Notes: generated by a model from the sequence alone, not told the origin. A stretch of DNA of 64,000 nt from the human T2T-CHM13v2.0 reference genome, Homo sapiens (GCF_009914755.1 NC_060947.1), one strand, 5' to 3'. Shown: positions 37,480 to 53,194, counted from the stretch's first letter. Numbers and translations are program-made.

Positions 37480-40400
37480 TTCCAAGATAGTGGATTGGAA
37501 GCAGTGTTAGCATGCCTCTCCCACTGGGAAAGATAAAGTAGTGTGTAGAGATTCACACTGCAAACTTTTTTCCAAGAAACAACACAGGAACTTAACAGAA
37601 AGACTGAAAGAAACCACAGTCCCTTTGAAAGAAGCATCAGACTGCAGCCTACACCATGAACCAGGAGAAAAACTGTAAGTCCCCAGAGTGTAAGATGGGG
37701 ATAAACAGCCTCTGGCATATACACTCTCACTGGGGAACTTGGCAATGTAGGCCATAAGGGAAGATCTTAACCCTACTAGCACTGGAGCTAATTTAGTGAG
37801 CAGTGGGGAGTATATGAGAAGAAGTGGCATCTGGATACGCTTTGCATGCACTCCCAGTCTCCAGCAGGATGGAAGGAAGCCACTCCTGATTCTACCTCAC
37901 AGGGGACCACCTAGAAGTCTTCCAACTAATTCGGGCAGTAATCACTGGATGAGAAAACCTCTCAACTGAGATTTGCAATAATCTTGAGTGGGGATGAACT
38001 CCCTTGTGCAAAACTGAGGGGTGGGTAGAAAATGTGCCACAGCCATGGGCACAGGAGCTGGGTGCCCCTGCCTCATGGGCAGACCAAGTGGGGCATGGCT
38101 CAGTTTCTGTTTCCATGGGGAAGGCTTATGGCCTGGGGTGTTTTGAGTTCTGAGCATAGACTGCCTGGAGCCTAGCTAACTGCTGCTAGCAGAACACAGC
38201 TGGTGTGAGACCTGCCTTGCAATGTGTGCGGGAGCTGGATGGGGCTTACTGTTGCCTGCTACTTCCCACTCCCAATGTGGACTCTTCCGTACAGCAGAGG
38301 AAGCTGCACTCTTCCCTATAACATTACCCCAGCAGCCAGAGAACTGCCCTCCAATGCTCACTGGGGCTGCTGCTTGCCCTGCACATGGAGAGCCCTGACA
38401 CATAGACTTTCCTGATCCAGCCCCTACCTGGCTTTGCCCCTCAACAGGCCCTGGCAGCTTAACACAAAAGACAGAAACTTTTGGGACCTCTCTGGCCCCA
38501 CCCATTGCCTGAAACACCAGAAAACCTCCCCGGGTAACATAAGGCAAGCACAGATCCCACCACTACCACCACAGCTGGGCTCCTTTGTAAGCACCAACTC
38601 CTGGCTGGAGGCCAACCAACACAGTCCATGACAGCATCTGCAAGTAGAATAATGCAGTGCCCAGAAAGGAGAAAACTTGTGTGTGACCTCAGCTATCATC
38701 ATTGCCTGCATCACCCTGGCTAATACAGAGGTCCTGAGTCTGCACATTTGACTAGATCATTAATACTACAACCAGTATTTGAGAAATTCAAAACTCTAAT
38801 GCTATTTATAACCAAGAAATTTCACAGTCTCCATCACTGCCCTGCCATCCCCATAAGAGCTCGTGCTGGTAAACACTGCTATGAGACTTGAGGACAGCTC
38901 ACATCACCGGATGGGACCAGACATCCCCAAACATCAGCCTGGTGTGTGGCAGCCCCACTGGGTAGCTAGACCCAGAAAAGCAGCAGCATTCATAGTAGTT
39001 TGGTTCTCAGGGCCTGCTACTCCTATGGAAAGGGAGAGTGCACCACATAAAGGGAACACTCTGTGCGACAAAAGAGTTCAAATAGGCCTGCAGTCCCAGA
39101 ACCTTCCACTTGCAGAAAGTTTCCTTCAGCAGAGCCACAGGTGCAGTATTGGGCTCAGCGAGGAGTCTGTAGCTCTTCAACAGTCGGGCAGCCCTGGTGC
39201 TCATAAATGATCTTAAAAAAGGGGAATTCTTTTCCCCATCATCTACCACTGCATACACATCTGGGGCTTCCCCCATTGGAGCTCAGCATGGGTGCACCTG
39301 TAGATAGCCTTTCTGGAACACTTCGTGGTGACCAGATCCCCACAGGAGGAGTGCCCTCCTGATTCAGGTTTGTATGAGGGGTAGAATCACAATCCCACCC
39401 ACCCTCCATGATACATCAGCATTTCTGCAGAAGAAAATAGGTGCCTGTATGATCTGAGCAGCTGAAACACTGAGTCAGGAGGGTGACTGGAAGGAGGATG
39501 CTTTTCTGCTAGTCTGGAAGGGAAACTGAGGTGGCTCCCTCCCTTACCCCTGAAAAGACCTCAGTACACTTCACTAAGAGCTCCCAAAACACCTCTGTCA
39601 AGGCTGGAACCACTGCCAACTGTTGGGTATTTGCATTTACCCATTTGCTTTATCAACAATCAGTTTTTACCTGTGGAAACCTCCACTACTGGACTGAAGC
39701 ATGAAGTGGTCAAACCAATAAATAAAATACTGGGTAATAAATAAATAAACAAGCAAATGAATGAATAAATAGGTGCACATCACTGGGGAATGAGATAAGC
39801 TTCAAGAAACCTCTGTCATTCCAACCTCACGGGAGAGAGTGAATCTGCTCATCCAAGGAGCACATTGCTACTACAACCAGCATCTGAGAAAGCCATTATA
39901 CAAAGACTCTCTATAAACAAGTCATTCATATAGAGTCTTCACCCATGAAAGCAACAAATGCTGAATTACGTTACAATAAACTATAAATATTAAAGTCACA
40001 TCCTTAAGGGAGGAAAAAGAAATTAAAAAACACAGTCAAACCAAAAACAAAGTTAAGAGTAATTAGAATATACAGTCTACCCAAATGAGAAGGAACCAGA
40101 AAAACAATTCTAGCAATGTGACAAAACAGGGTTCTGTAACACCCCTAAAATATCACACTAGCTACCCAGCAGTGGATCAAAACCAAGATTAAACCTTTGA
40201 AATGCCAGATAAGGAATTCAAAAGGTTGATTATTAAGCTACCTGATGAAATACAAGAGAAAGTTGAAAGCCAACATAAAGAAACTTAAAAAACAATTCAA
40301 AATATGAATTAAAAAATTAGAGATCTGGATATTATAAAGAAAAAACCGTCAGAACTTCTGGAAATGAAAAGCACTTTTGGGGAATTACAAAATTCAGTGG

Positions 40401-43400
40401 AATGTTTTAGCAATAGACTAGACCAAGTAGAAGAAAAAATTTCAGAGCCTGAGGACAAGGCTTTTGAATTAACACAGTCAGACAAAAATGAAGAAAAAAG
40501 AATGAAAAGAAATAAACAAAGTCTCCAAGACATATGGGATTATGTATAATGGCCAAACCTAAGAATCACTGGTGTTCCTGAGAGAGAAAAGAAAGCAACA
40601 TTTTGGAAAACTTATTTGAGGGAATAAATGAGAAAAAATTCCCTGGCTTTGCTAGACATTTAAACATCCCAAATACAAGAAGCTAAAAGAACTCCTTGCA
40701 GATTCATTGCAAAAATGACATCACCAAGGCATACAGTCATCAGGCTATCTAAAGTCAATGTGAAGGAAAGAATTCTAAGAGCAGGAAGACAAAAAAAAGA
40801 ATTCTAAGAGCAGGAAGACAAAAGCATCAGGTAACCTATAAAGGAAAAACTATCAGACTAACAGCAGACTTCTCAGCAGAAACCTCACAAGCCAGAAGGG
40901 ATTTGGGTCCTTTCTTTAGCCTCCTTAAACAGAAGAACTGTCAGCCAGAATTTTGTATCCAGCAAAACTAAGTTTCATAAACGAAGAAGAAATTGTCTTT
41001 TTCAGACAAGCAGATGCTGAGGGAATTTTCCACTATCCTATGAGCCTTACAAGAAACACTAAAAAGAGTTCTCAGTCTTGAAACAAAAGGTTGTCATGCA
41101 ACAGAACAGAACCTCTTGAAAGCATAAAACTCACATGACCTAAAGAACAAAACACAATGAAGAAAACAAAGTATCTAGTAACAATCAACATGATTAATGG
41201 ACCAGTACCTCACATCTCAATGTTAACATTGAATGCAAATGGTCTAAATGTTCAACTTAAAAATACACATTGGGAGAATGGATAAAAAGTCACAAACCAA
41301 ATATTTGCTGTCTTCAAGATACTCACCTAACATGTAAATCTTCTTATAGGCTCAAGGTACAGGGATGGAAAAAATAAATTATATGCAAATGGAAATGAAA
41401 AGTGGGTAGGAGTAGCTGTTCTTGGATAAAACAAACTTTAAAGTAACAACAGTAAAAAAGGAAAAAGAAAATCATTGTATGATGAAAGGCTCAATCCAAC
41501 AAGAAGATATTACAATCATTAATACATATATACCTAACCCTAGAGCTCCCAGGTTCATGAATAAATTACTAGTAGACCTAAGAAAGGAGATAGACATCAA
41601 CATAATAATAGTGGGGCACTTCAACACCCCACTGACAGCACTAGAAAGGTCATCAACGCAGAAAGTCCAGAAAGAAACACTGGAGTTAATCTACACTCTA
41701 GAACAAATGCACATAACAGATATTTACAGAACATTCTACCCCAAAAGTGCAGAATATACATCCTTTTCATCAGCACATGGAACATTCTCCAAGATAGGCC
41801 ACATGATAGGCCACAAAACTAGTCACAATAAATTTAAGAAAATCAAAATCATATCAAGTATCTTCTCAGACCACAGTGGAATAAAACTGAAAATCAACTC
41901 CAAAAGGAACTCTCAAAACTATACAAATACATGGAAATTGCACAATCTGCTCCTGAATGACTTTGGGTTAAAAATGAAATCAAGATAGAAATTAAAAAAT
42001 CCTTTGAAATGAATGATAATAGTGACACAACTTATCAAAAACTCGGGGGTACAGCAAAGGCAGTGCCAACAGGAAAGCTTATAGCACTAAATGCTGACAT
42101 TAAAAAGTCTGAAAAATCACAAATTATTAATAACAACCTAATGTCACACCTCAAGGAACTAGAGAAACAAGAACAGATCAAATCCCAAGCTAGCAGAAGA
42201 AAATAAATAACAAAAATCACAGAATATCTAAATAAAATTGGAACCAAAAAAATTCAAAAGATAGATGAAACAAAAAGTTTTGTTATTTGAAAAGATAAAC
42301 CAAATTGATAGACCATGGCTAGACTAACTAGCATGAGAAGAGAGAAGATTCAAATAAGCTCAATTAGAAATGAAAATGGAGACTTTACAACCAAGACCAA
42401 AGAAATACAAAAGATCATTTGAGACTACTATAAACACCTCCATGCATACAAACTAGAAAATTTAGAGAAAATAGATCAATTTTTGGAAATATACAAACCT
42501 CCTGGCTTGAATCAGGAAGAAATACAAATCCTGAAAAGACCAATAACAAAACAGCGAGATTGATTCAGTAATTTTAAAAATTGCCAGCAACAACAACAAA
42601 ATGCCCAGAGCCAGATGGATTCACAGCTGAATTCTACTAGACATTCAAAGAATTGGTATCAATCCTACTCAATCTATTCCAAAAAATTAAGAAAGGGAAT
42701 CCTCCCTAAATCATTCTATGAAGCCAGTATCACTCTGATACCACAACCAGGAAAGGACATAATAAAAAATGAAGACTACCAACCAATATCTCTGAGGAAC
42801 ATAAATGCAAAAATCCTCAACAAAATACTAGCAAACAAAATCCAAAAGCACATCAAAAATATAATACACCATGATAAAGTGGGTTTCATCCTAGGGATGT
42901 AGGGATATTTTAACATAAGCAAGTCAATAAATGTGATACATCACACAAAGAGAATGAAAACAAAAAACATATTCATCTCAATAGATGCAGGAAAAGCATT
43001 CAATAAAATCCAGAATTTCTTTATGAGAAAACCCTCAACGAACTAGGCATCGAAGGAACATACCTCAAAATAATAAAAGCTATATATGACAAACCCACAG
43101 CCAACCACATACTGAATGGAGAAAAGTTGAAACTATTCCCCCTAAGAATTGGAACAAGACAAGGGTGCCCACTTTTACCACTTCTATTCAACATAATACT
43201 GGAAGTTCTAGCCAGAACAATCAGGCAAGAGAAAGAAATAAAGTGCATCCAAATTGGAAAAGAGGAAGTCAAATTATCTCTCCTGTCCAGTGATATGATT
43301 GTATACCTAGAAAATCCTAAAGGCTCCTTCAAAAGACTTCTAGATTTGATAAATGAGTACAGTATAGTCTCAGGTTACAAAATCAATGTAAAAAATCAGT

Positions 43401-45210
43401 AGCACTGCTATACAGCAACAACAACCAAGCTGAGAATCAAATCAAGAAATCAATCCTTTTTAGATAGCTTTAAAAAAAATACATAGGAATATACATAACC
43501 AAAGAGGTGAAAGGTCTCTACAAGGCGAACTACAAAACACTGCTGAAAGAAAATAGAGATGACACAAATGGAAATACAACCCAAGCCCATGGATTGGAAG
43601 AATTAATATCATGAAAATGACCATACTGTCCAAAGAAATCTACAAATTCAATGCAATGCCCATGAAAATACCATTATCATTCTTCACGGAACTAGAAAAC
43701 ACAATCCTAAAATTCATATGGAACCAAAAAAGAGTCCACATATTCAAAGCAATACAAAGCAAAAAGAACAAATCTGGAGGCATCACATTACCTGACTTCA
43801 AATTATACTACAAGCCTATAGTTGCCAAAACAGCATGGTACTGGTATGAAAGTACATACATAGACCAATGGAACAAAATAGAGAACCCAGAAATAAAGCA
43901 AAATACTTACAGCCAACTAATCTTTGACAAAGCAAACAAAAACACAAATTGAGAAAAGGACACCCTATTCAATAAATGGTTCTGGAAAAATTCAAGCTAT
44001 ATGTAAGAGAATGAAACTAGATCCCTGTCTCTCACCTAATACAAAAATAAACTCAAGATGGATCAAAGACTTAAATCTCAGACCCGAAACCACAAACATC
44101 CTAGAAAAAAACTAGGAAAAGCTTTTCTGGACATTGGCCTATACAAAGAATTTATTACTAAGACCCCAAAACCAAACATAACAAAAATAAATAAATAGGT
44201 CTTCATTAAACTAAAAAGCTTCTGCTCAGCAAAATAACTAATCATCAGAGTAAACAGACAACCCACAGAATGGGAGAAAATATTTGCAAGCTATGCATCT
44301 GACAAAGGACAAGTATCCAGAATCTACAAGGAACTCAACTAAATCAGCAAGAAATAAGCAAGTAATTCCATCAAAAAATGGGCGAATAACATGAATAGAC
44401 ATTTATCAAAAGAAGATATACAAATGGCCAACAAATATATGAAAAATGCTCAACATCATTAATCATGCAAATTAAAACCACAGTGAGATACCACTCTACT
44501 CCAGTGATCGTAGCCACTAATAAAAAGTTAAAAAAAAACAATAGATGTTGGTGTAGATGTGGTGAAAAGAGAACACTTCTACACTGCTGGTGGGAATGCA
44601 AATTACTACAACCTCTGAAAAACAGTATGGGGATTTCTTAAAGAAGTAAAGGTAGATCTACCATTCAAACCAGCAATCCCATTATTGGGTATCTACCCAA
44701 AGGAAAAGAAATCTTTATATGAAAAAGACACCTGCATGCATATGTTTATCGCAGTAAAATTCACAATTGCAAAGATATGGAACCAACCTAAGTGCCCATC
44801 AACCAATGAGTGGATAAATGAAATGTCACATACATACACCATGGAATACTACACAGCCATAAAAAAGAATGAGATAATGTCTTTTGCAGCAACTTGGATG
44901 GAACTGGAGGCCATTATTCTAAGTGAAGTAACTCAGGAATGGAAAACCAAATACCATATGCTCTCACTTATAAGTGGGAGCTAAGCTATGGGTATGCAAA
45001 GATATACAGAATGGTATAAGGGACTTTGGAGACTCAGAAGGGAGGAGGGTAGGAAATGTCTGAGGGAAAAAACTTACATATTAGATACAATGTACACTAC
45101 TTGGGTGATGGGTGCACTAAAATCTCAGATTTTACAATACAATTTATCTACATAACCAAAAACCACTTGCATCCCAAAAGCTATTAATATATATATGTAA
45201 TTAATAAATA
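37480..45210 (+). mobile_element. Essentially full-length, decayed L1PB (PB2/3-like), ~7.7 kb
   Basis: GC-richer 5' UTR from ttccaagatagtggattggaagcag, ORF1 remnants ~40085-41160, ORF2 remnants ~41190-44984, 3' UTR gagctaagctatgggtatgcaaag...cccaaaagctatt. Confidence 0.9.
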
Positions 45211-47739
45211 CATAAAAATAAACTAAATGTAACTGTTTATACATATTTATACACTAGCTATTTTTCTGTCATTGACAATCTTTCTCTTTTGTTCATGTAA
45301 CTTATAGCCATGATTCACTCATTCAACAAGAATACAGCAGTGAACAAGAGAGATCTCTGATTTTTATGAAGTTTACAAACTGTGATAAAGATACACCATA
45401 AACATGTAAGCCAACAAACAACTAAATAATGATAAATTGTATGAGTATATATGAACAAAACAAGTTACATATGAAGACAGCAAATAGGTTTCTGAGATTG
45501 AAAATATAGACTGTTATAAAAGCAAAAATGATTCAATTTCCTACCACCCATAGTAGTAGAAACTGAGGAACTGAGAAACATTACTGACGTTTTCAACTCC
45601 CTGGAAGTCACTGGCCAGGCTTCATGTACCAGGCTTTATATACTATGTCACAACTCAACATATGCCATCCGAAAAGATGCTAAGATTACATCTATTTCTT
45701 TATCCTGAAGCTAATATTCAATCTATACATCTCTCATGAAAATAAATATGTAAACTGGTGAATAAAACAATATTCACTTACCAGAAATGTGCCAGATTAA
45801 ATGATGGTGGGAAGGGAAGAATCTACAAAAATATATTAATATGGAGACACTAATGAGCTTTAAAATGATGCACTGTGAACTCACTAGGTGAAATTGGCTA
45901 TCTGCCAGCCACAGTAATAATATTTTGTGTACCAAATGGCATATTTGAGGTCAGAACAAAGTTTATTCCAAAGCAGTCAAATATTTCATTATTACTTTTG
46001 CTTTTATCTCTTAATTTTTCAAAGGTTTTTTTAAGCATGTTCTCATCGATCAGACTTAAGGTGTCTTGCTAGAATGTGTAAAGATAACAAACTGATCATA
46101 AATTACAATTCTATAACACTAACTGTCTGGCTTTAAAATGTTCTCAGCTTAAATGCAAATTGAGCGCAAATTCATTCCTCCCTTTCCTTCCTGCTCCTCC
46201 CACCCCACCCTACTCATTAGCACTAACTCTGAAACCGTGACATTTATAGGCGCACACAAGGAATCTTACATATTCTAAATCTATGAAGAACTGATTTTGA
46301 TCATTTTTTTGCGTATATTTTCCTTCATGACCTTTTACATAAATCATGACTGTGACAAAAGGGTCAGTTTGTTTCTTCATATTGATACCTACTTGAAAGG
46401 AAAATCTCTGAGAATATAAAGCTTTTACATAGCTTTGTGATCATCATTTTAAAATACTCATATTTTTCACCATGTGAGAAGCAGGGAGAGGTAGGAAGAT
46501 GACTGTAAAATTCAGCTTTTCCTTTTCAAATTTAATCCATAGCAAATTATTGAACTACACTGGAGTTTTGATATATATTTATCTGTTGTCTTTCAAATTT
46601 CACATTATTATTAAAGTGCCTCAAAATGGTTGCATTAAAATTTGATTCTAGTATATTAATTTTTAAAATGTAAGCCAGTTACTTGTTTTAGATCTTTTAT
46701 TTTTTCCAGCTGGTGTGCCAGAAGAATGTATTAAAATTGCAATATATATTTCTCTTATATATATACTAAATATTGTCCATTCAAGGCACACTAAAATGTT
46801 AACTCATATTTATATTTTGTCTGATACACATAAAATTCACATTTTTAAAATAGAAAAGATGTGCATGTTCAAGAAATTGCTATGCCTAATGGTGAAATTT
46901 CTCCTTGCTGTGGTTTCATTTAAACAAACCTGTAAAAAAAAAGCCCTTTTAATTTTGTAATAACAGCCTAAAATAAAGACTAAAGTAAAAACTAAAATAA
47001 AGAAAAATAAAATTTTTTTATATAACATAAAACTTACACTCAAAACTATGTTTATTCAAAACCTTTTGAAATTTCTGAGACATTCTGCTCGGTAAATTTG
47101 CATCTGGGAACCTTCTTTTTATTCAAAATTCTCATAACGTTCTGCAAATACTAAATCAATTTACATCTGAATGAAATGTAAGTACCAAAGGTGTATGTAA
47201 TTGACATGACAGTTGAAGAAAATTGTATTCTAGCATATCCTAAAAATTAGGGGCTGTGATTTCAGAGAACTACCGATCCAATTGTCTGAGTTCATTCTTT
47301 GTTGTGGAAATTTTGCAAGAAATGTTTATTTATAAACAGAAGCCTGTTTTTCAAATTACTGATGTAAATAAAAGAGTACTCAATTTATTATCCTTGGAAA
47401 ATGTGATTAATTTTAGTAGTACTCCTGGTGCAAGAATGCAAAATACTAAAAGGATTTCTATCAGTGACTCTTATTTGTTCACCAAGATGAGACTTGAGGG
47501 TTTTCACAGGGCTGTTCCTGCAATAATTATATCTTAACCAAATCAGCAGGAGTCTAACATGCTTAATCTTCCTACAAGGAGGATGTAGCAACTGAAATAT
47601 CGATAGCTGTACTTTCTTCCACAGTGTTCCCCAGATACTGGTCTATTTATATGTTAATTGTCATAAGAAAGTTTTATATTATACAGTATGCTCCATCAGA
47701 AGTTGTATTTAAGTTCATAAAAATAATAGAATATGAGGC

Positions 47740-48270
47740 AATAAATAAAAGTGCTTTAGAACACTAGCCTTAGAATGAGACTGATCTGGTTTTTTAATCC
47801 TATTCGAGAACTCCCCATGCCTGTGAACTTGAGTAAGTTAACCCAAGTCTTATTTGGGTGAGTTAATCTCTCTTATTTTTCATTTGCCTCATCTCTAAAA
47901 TGGGTATTAGAATTTCTGTGTCACTGGATGTGAGAATTACATAAAATAATGCATTCGATGTGCTTAGAACAATGCCTGCTACATAGTATATTCTTAATAG
48001 ATATTATTGATATTTGCTACCTAACAAAAGCATATTAGTATGCAGTGTGGCAATGAAAAATGAGAATTACTGTATAAGAAAGATTGTTCTGTCAGTTACT
48101 ATTTCTGTGATCTTGAGCAACTTATTGAAATTTTATGTGCCTTCGTTTTTTCACACATAAAATGCAAATAATAGTACCAATTATCTCATAGGGTTGTTGT
48201 GAGGATTTGAATGAGATAATTCATGTAAACTGTTTAACATAGTGGCTGAGACATAATTAACACTCAGTAA
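47740..48270 (+). mobile_element. Two adjacent MIR fragments
   Basis: ctgtgaacttgagtaagtta...cctcatctctaaaatggg and ctgtgatcttgagcaa...agggttgttgtgaggatttgaatgagataat. Confidence 0.75.
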
Positions 48271-48739
48271 TCTGTTCGTGTGTGTGTGTGCGTGTGTGTG
48301 TTTAATTCTTAGTATCTTTCAGACTCCACCTAGCCCAATAACATGGAAAAATTCTCACTGTGACAAATCAAACTGTTAACAACATTTTTAAGAAAACTGA
48401 AAATGTGTGTACCTTATAGAGATCATTTTCTACGGAAAGTCTTCCAGCTAAAGTTTAATGAGTGGAAAGAGAATAAGCAAAGAACAAGATCAAAGAGCAG
48501 TGACATTTGCCAGGTTCTAACATCTTTATTATTAGATTCCTTGGGATATATTTTAATAGTCCAATTTCACCTATAAGCTCAAATAATTTCTAATATCATT
48601 TTATTAAAAATGTACAAATGCATATATCTAGATGTAACCATAAACTTTTAAATATATGTACAAAATACCATAGCATCAAAGGCTCTGACAGAGATTTTCC
48701 ACCAGAAACACGCTTTTATTCACACTCGTCTAAAAAAAA

Positions 48740-49040
48740 AAAAACCCAGGTTCATCCATTCTTTAAAGCCTACATCAAAAACCAAATCCTCACTGAAGCC
48801 TTCCCAGATTCCATCACAAAAAAAAAGTCACTTTTATAAATTTTCATGGCTCTTTCATTATTCATATATTAATCACTCATAAAATCTACCTGTTTCATTT
48901 TTTCTGTATTTGTGTGTTTCTCTTATTTCCCAATTTAGGCTATAATCTGATGGAAGGCCCAGACTGAGTATTTTTATTTATCTTACAAATCATCTAGTCC
49001 AGTGTCCTGGACATAATGAACACTTTGATTATTTTGTATA
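48740..49040 (+). mobile_element. L2 3' fragment
   Basis: cactgaagccttcccagatt...taggctataatctgatggaaggcccagac...cagtgtcctggacataat. Confidence 0.55.
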
Positions 49041-49489
49041 ATCATAAAATATTATAAATAGAAAATGTCAGAGGTAATCATATAATTCAAGAATTCTAAT
49101 GATAACATTATGGAAGATAAGAAACAAAACTAGCTATATTTTAAAATATCCATAAATATAAAAACTCAATTCAAGTATAATTCTACCTCTTATATAACAG
49201 AATCAGTTTCACCCTCCGTTGGAAATTATGTTATTTTGGGTTGAAATGTCTGCACACTTTGTTCTCTTCACTTTTTAATGCTTTCTCCAAAAAGTCTTTC
49301 TTTTTCACTTTCACTGTTGACTACAATGATACAGTTAGTATTTCTTATAGAGGCAACTTTCCTTTCCAGGTAGTCTTATCAATAGTTGTGAAAAGAAATT
49401 TTAATACACAGGCTTAAGTTTCAGCTTTGAAAGATAATGTTTTTCTCCATATCATGTAGCTCCAACACAAACCAAAAGCATATAAGAAA

Positions 49490-51880
49490 AATCTGCTTCA
49501 AGTCATAATGGAATAACTGAAACCACACTTGCCCCCCTAACATAAACAAATAGAAAACTGACCAAAATGTATGAAACCATTTTTAGAAACTGATCAAACA
49601 GCAGCATAGGACTAGGATTCAAGAGACAAGGGAAAAAAAGAGATGATACCTATAATCACTTTGGCTCTACACCAGTGAGGTACTTTCCAGATCAGGATAT
49701 AGAGAGGGAAAACCCAGGCAGAGCATAGCTGAGATTCACTGATTTGAGGAGACAGAAATCAGGGCGTGGGAGATTGCTGGAGCTGAAAATTACAGAGCTC
49801 CATACTGGAAAGGAAGGGTATTCACAGAAAAGAACTATAAATATCTGCATAGGGATCTATGTGTGTTTGTTGCTGAACATTATGCATAGAATGAAACAAT
49901 ATGAGGCGAGGCAAATAATGACTGAGGAGCCATAAGGTGGAGATTATACATTGGAGAGTTGCAATTAAGAGTCATGTCATTCAGTAGAGACCAAGGGAAT
50001 GTCTTGCTCTAGTAGGGAAGCTAAATTAGCAGTAGAATAAAAGGGTATGCTAGAACCACTCTAGTAAGCTTAAAAGGAAAACTCAAAAGGATCAGGCTGT
50101 TGCACTAGTAACATAATTGCCTGCCATAAAATATAAAAGTGTTTTAAGACAACATAACAAAAGCTAGCACTCAACAAAGTAAAATTCCCATGTCCTTGAA
50201 AAAGAATAGACATGAAGAAGAAGAAAAATATGACCCATAAGCAGGAGAAAGACCAGTCAATAACGACAGAACCTGAAAACACAGACATGATGGGATACAC
50301 AATAGAAATTTTAAAATGGCTATTATAAATATGCTAAATGATAAAAGAGAATAATAAACACCATTAAAAGATAAATGGAAGATAGAAAAAGAACCAAATG
50401 GGACTTTGTAGATGAAAAACACAATATCTAAAATAAAGGTATATTGAATAGGCTTAAATAAAGACAATATAGGAGAAAAGCTCAATGAATTTGAAGACAA
50501 AGCAATAGAAACTTTTCAAATTGAAGCACGGAGAGGAAAAAAAAAACCGAAAAATCTGAACTGAGCCTTAGGGACACATGGAAAAATATTCGGCAACCAA
50601 ATATACATGTAATTGGAACTTGCTTTGATATTTTTTTAGAAAAGACCTGTCCAGAGGGACAAAGGTAAAAATAATGCCAGATTGTTGTTCAGAATATCTG
50701 CAATCCAGAAGACAATGAATAACATCATCACAGTGCTGAAAGATAGAACACTCTCCAACAAGAGTCTATAGTCAGTGAAAAACATGATGATGAAATACTC
50801 TGTCAAAGAAAAATACGCTAAAAGAATTTGCAGCTATCAAATCTTTACTACCAAAATGTTAAAAGAAGTTCTTCAAGCAGAAGGAAATGATACCTGGAGG
50901 AAATTTGTTTTCTATAGCAAGAAATGAAGAGCTACAGCAATAATAAATGCGTGGGTAAATGTAAAAGACTATTTTCTCATTTAAAATTTCTTTATAAGAT
51001 AATTAATTATTCAAAGTAAAAATAATATCAAACTATTGTACCATTTATAATGTATGTTGAAGCGGGAAGCATAATCTTATAATAATCTTATGCATTGTTA
51101 TATAATAGTATTTGAAGGTAGACTATGAAAATGTAAATGTACATATCATATACTCTAGAGTAAAATATATGGGATATATTGAAAAAAACATGGTGGTAGT
51201 TTTAAACCCAACTATATCAATAATTGTGTTAAAGGTAGTCTAAACACTCTAATTAAAAGGTAGTCAGAATTGATTTTTAAAAAGACCTAATGATATGACC
51301 TGAAACACGTACTTTAAAGATAAAAATATAGTTCCAATGTAAAAAAAAATGAAAAAGATAACATCATCCAAACATTATTCATAAAATGAATACAGTAGCT
51401 ATATTAATATCAGGCAAAGTAGATTTCAGGAAAAAAAAATTGCCAGGTAAAAGAATAATATTTCCTAATAATTATAAGTTAATTCATTTAGAGTATATAA
51501 TAATCCTAAATGTATAAGTACCTAGTTATAGAGCTTTAAATACATATAGAAAAACTGATATAACTGCATGGATAAATAGACAAATCCCAAATTGTCATTG
51601 GAAATTTCAAAATTCATTTCTTTGTAATCAATAGAACAAGTAAAAAGAAAATAAGGACGACTATAGAAGACTTAAACAATACAACAAATCAACTTGACTG
51701 AAGTGAAAATGTATAGAATACCTACCCAACAAGAGAACACACGTTTGTTTCAAGTTCACATGAAAAAGCCATAAATTGAGCCAGAAAACTTCAATTCATT
51801 ACAAAGTAGTGAAATCATAGAGACAATCTTTTCTGACCATACTAGAATTAAATTATAGATCAACAGCAGAAATATATTCC
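49490..51880 (+). mobile_element. Ancient L1M 5' region with ORF1 and start-of-ORF2 remnants
   Basis: A-rich ORF1-like stretches (aatgaatttgaagacaaagcaatagaaac) and EN-domain remnants (aacccaactatatcaataattgtgttaaa, ttttctgaccat). Confidence 0.7.
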
Positions 51881-52399
51881 CAGTCAACCCAACAGGAGAC
51901 AGCTAAATTTTTATGGGCTTCACGTGTCAGAGGACAGAGCTGGAGACAAGCAGAGTGGCTGGAAATTAGGAGTTAATCTTAAAAACAAGGAAATTGCAGA
52001 GAGAAAGAGCTAAAACTCTGCCCAAATCAAGAAATGACTGCAAAATTATCCATGTACAAAAGACAAGTTGGAGGGGCCAAGCTGAAAAGAAGTACTCATG
52101 GAAGGCTTTAAGAATACAGCAACAGTGTTTTGTACATATTTTGTTTTGAGAGTGGATATTCTTACCTTCTTTCTCATCTTAGAGGGAAATAATCCGAATA
52201 TTAGCTGTAGATTTGTCCATAGTTGTCCTTTACAGCTTGAGGAAGTTCCCTTCTTTTTCTATTTTTTCATCACGAGCGGATATTGAGTTGTTGTTGTTTT
52301 ATTGTATTTGTTTTGCTTTGTTTTTGTTTTGCCTGTTCTCAAATTGCCAACTTTTTCTCACCCACAGTATACAGTGGCTGATATCTCTGCTCCATTATT

Positions 52400-53192
52400 A
52401 AACAAAAAGTTAACTGTAAAATGGCCTCAGGCAGGTCCTTTAGGAGGATTCCAAAAGGAAACATTGTTATCATAGGAGATGACAGACAGCTCCACGTGTG
52501 TTATTTTGCCTCTGAAGGTCCTCCAGTGGGACAAGATGTGGAGGTGTAAGTCAGAGATATTGGTGATCCTGACCTGATATAGACCTCAGCTAATATGTGT
52601 GTCTGTGTCTTAGTTTTTAACAAGAAAGTTTTAAAACTAAAAATAAAATTAAAACAAAAAAAGCTTATATAATAAAGATATTAAAAGTATTTTGTATAGT
52701 ACGTTTTTATGTTTTAAGCAAAAGTATTATTACAAAAAAGTCAAACAGTTAAAAATGTATACATTCATAAAGCAAAAGGGTTATAGTAAGCTAATGTTAA
52801 TTTATTATTGAAGAAAGGATTTTTATAAATTTAGCGTAGCTTAAGAGTACAGTGTTTATGAAGTCTACAGTACTATACAGTAATGTCCTAGGCCTTTACG
52901 TTTACTCACCATTCACTCTGACTCACCCAGAACAACTTCTTGTCCTGCAACTGCCATTTCTGGTAAATTTTCCTTATACACATATACTATTTTTAATCTT
53001 TTATATTGTATTTTTATTATACCTTTACTATGTTTGCCATACTGAATACTGTAGGCAATTGTAGCAATACAATTGTAGTAGGCTATGCCATCTAGGTTTG
53101 TGAGAGCACACTCTATGATGTTCATACAACAGGCAAATCACCTAAAGACACATTTCTCAGAGCATAGTCCCATCATTAAAGGACACATCTGT
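52400..53192 (+). mobile_element. Tigger3 (Golem) family DNA transposon, 3' part
   Basis: cctcaggcaggtcct...gtgggacaagatgtggagg internal motifs, right TIR gacacatttctcagagcatagtcccatcattaaaggacacatctg followed by TA. Confidence 0.85.
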
Positions 53193-53194
53193 AC

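Noticed and set aside
37455-39276. Cluster of 65-123-aa ORFs on both strands
   Set aside because: They fall within the GC-richer L1PB 5' UTR and show no coding signature.
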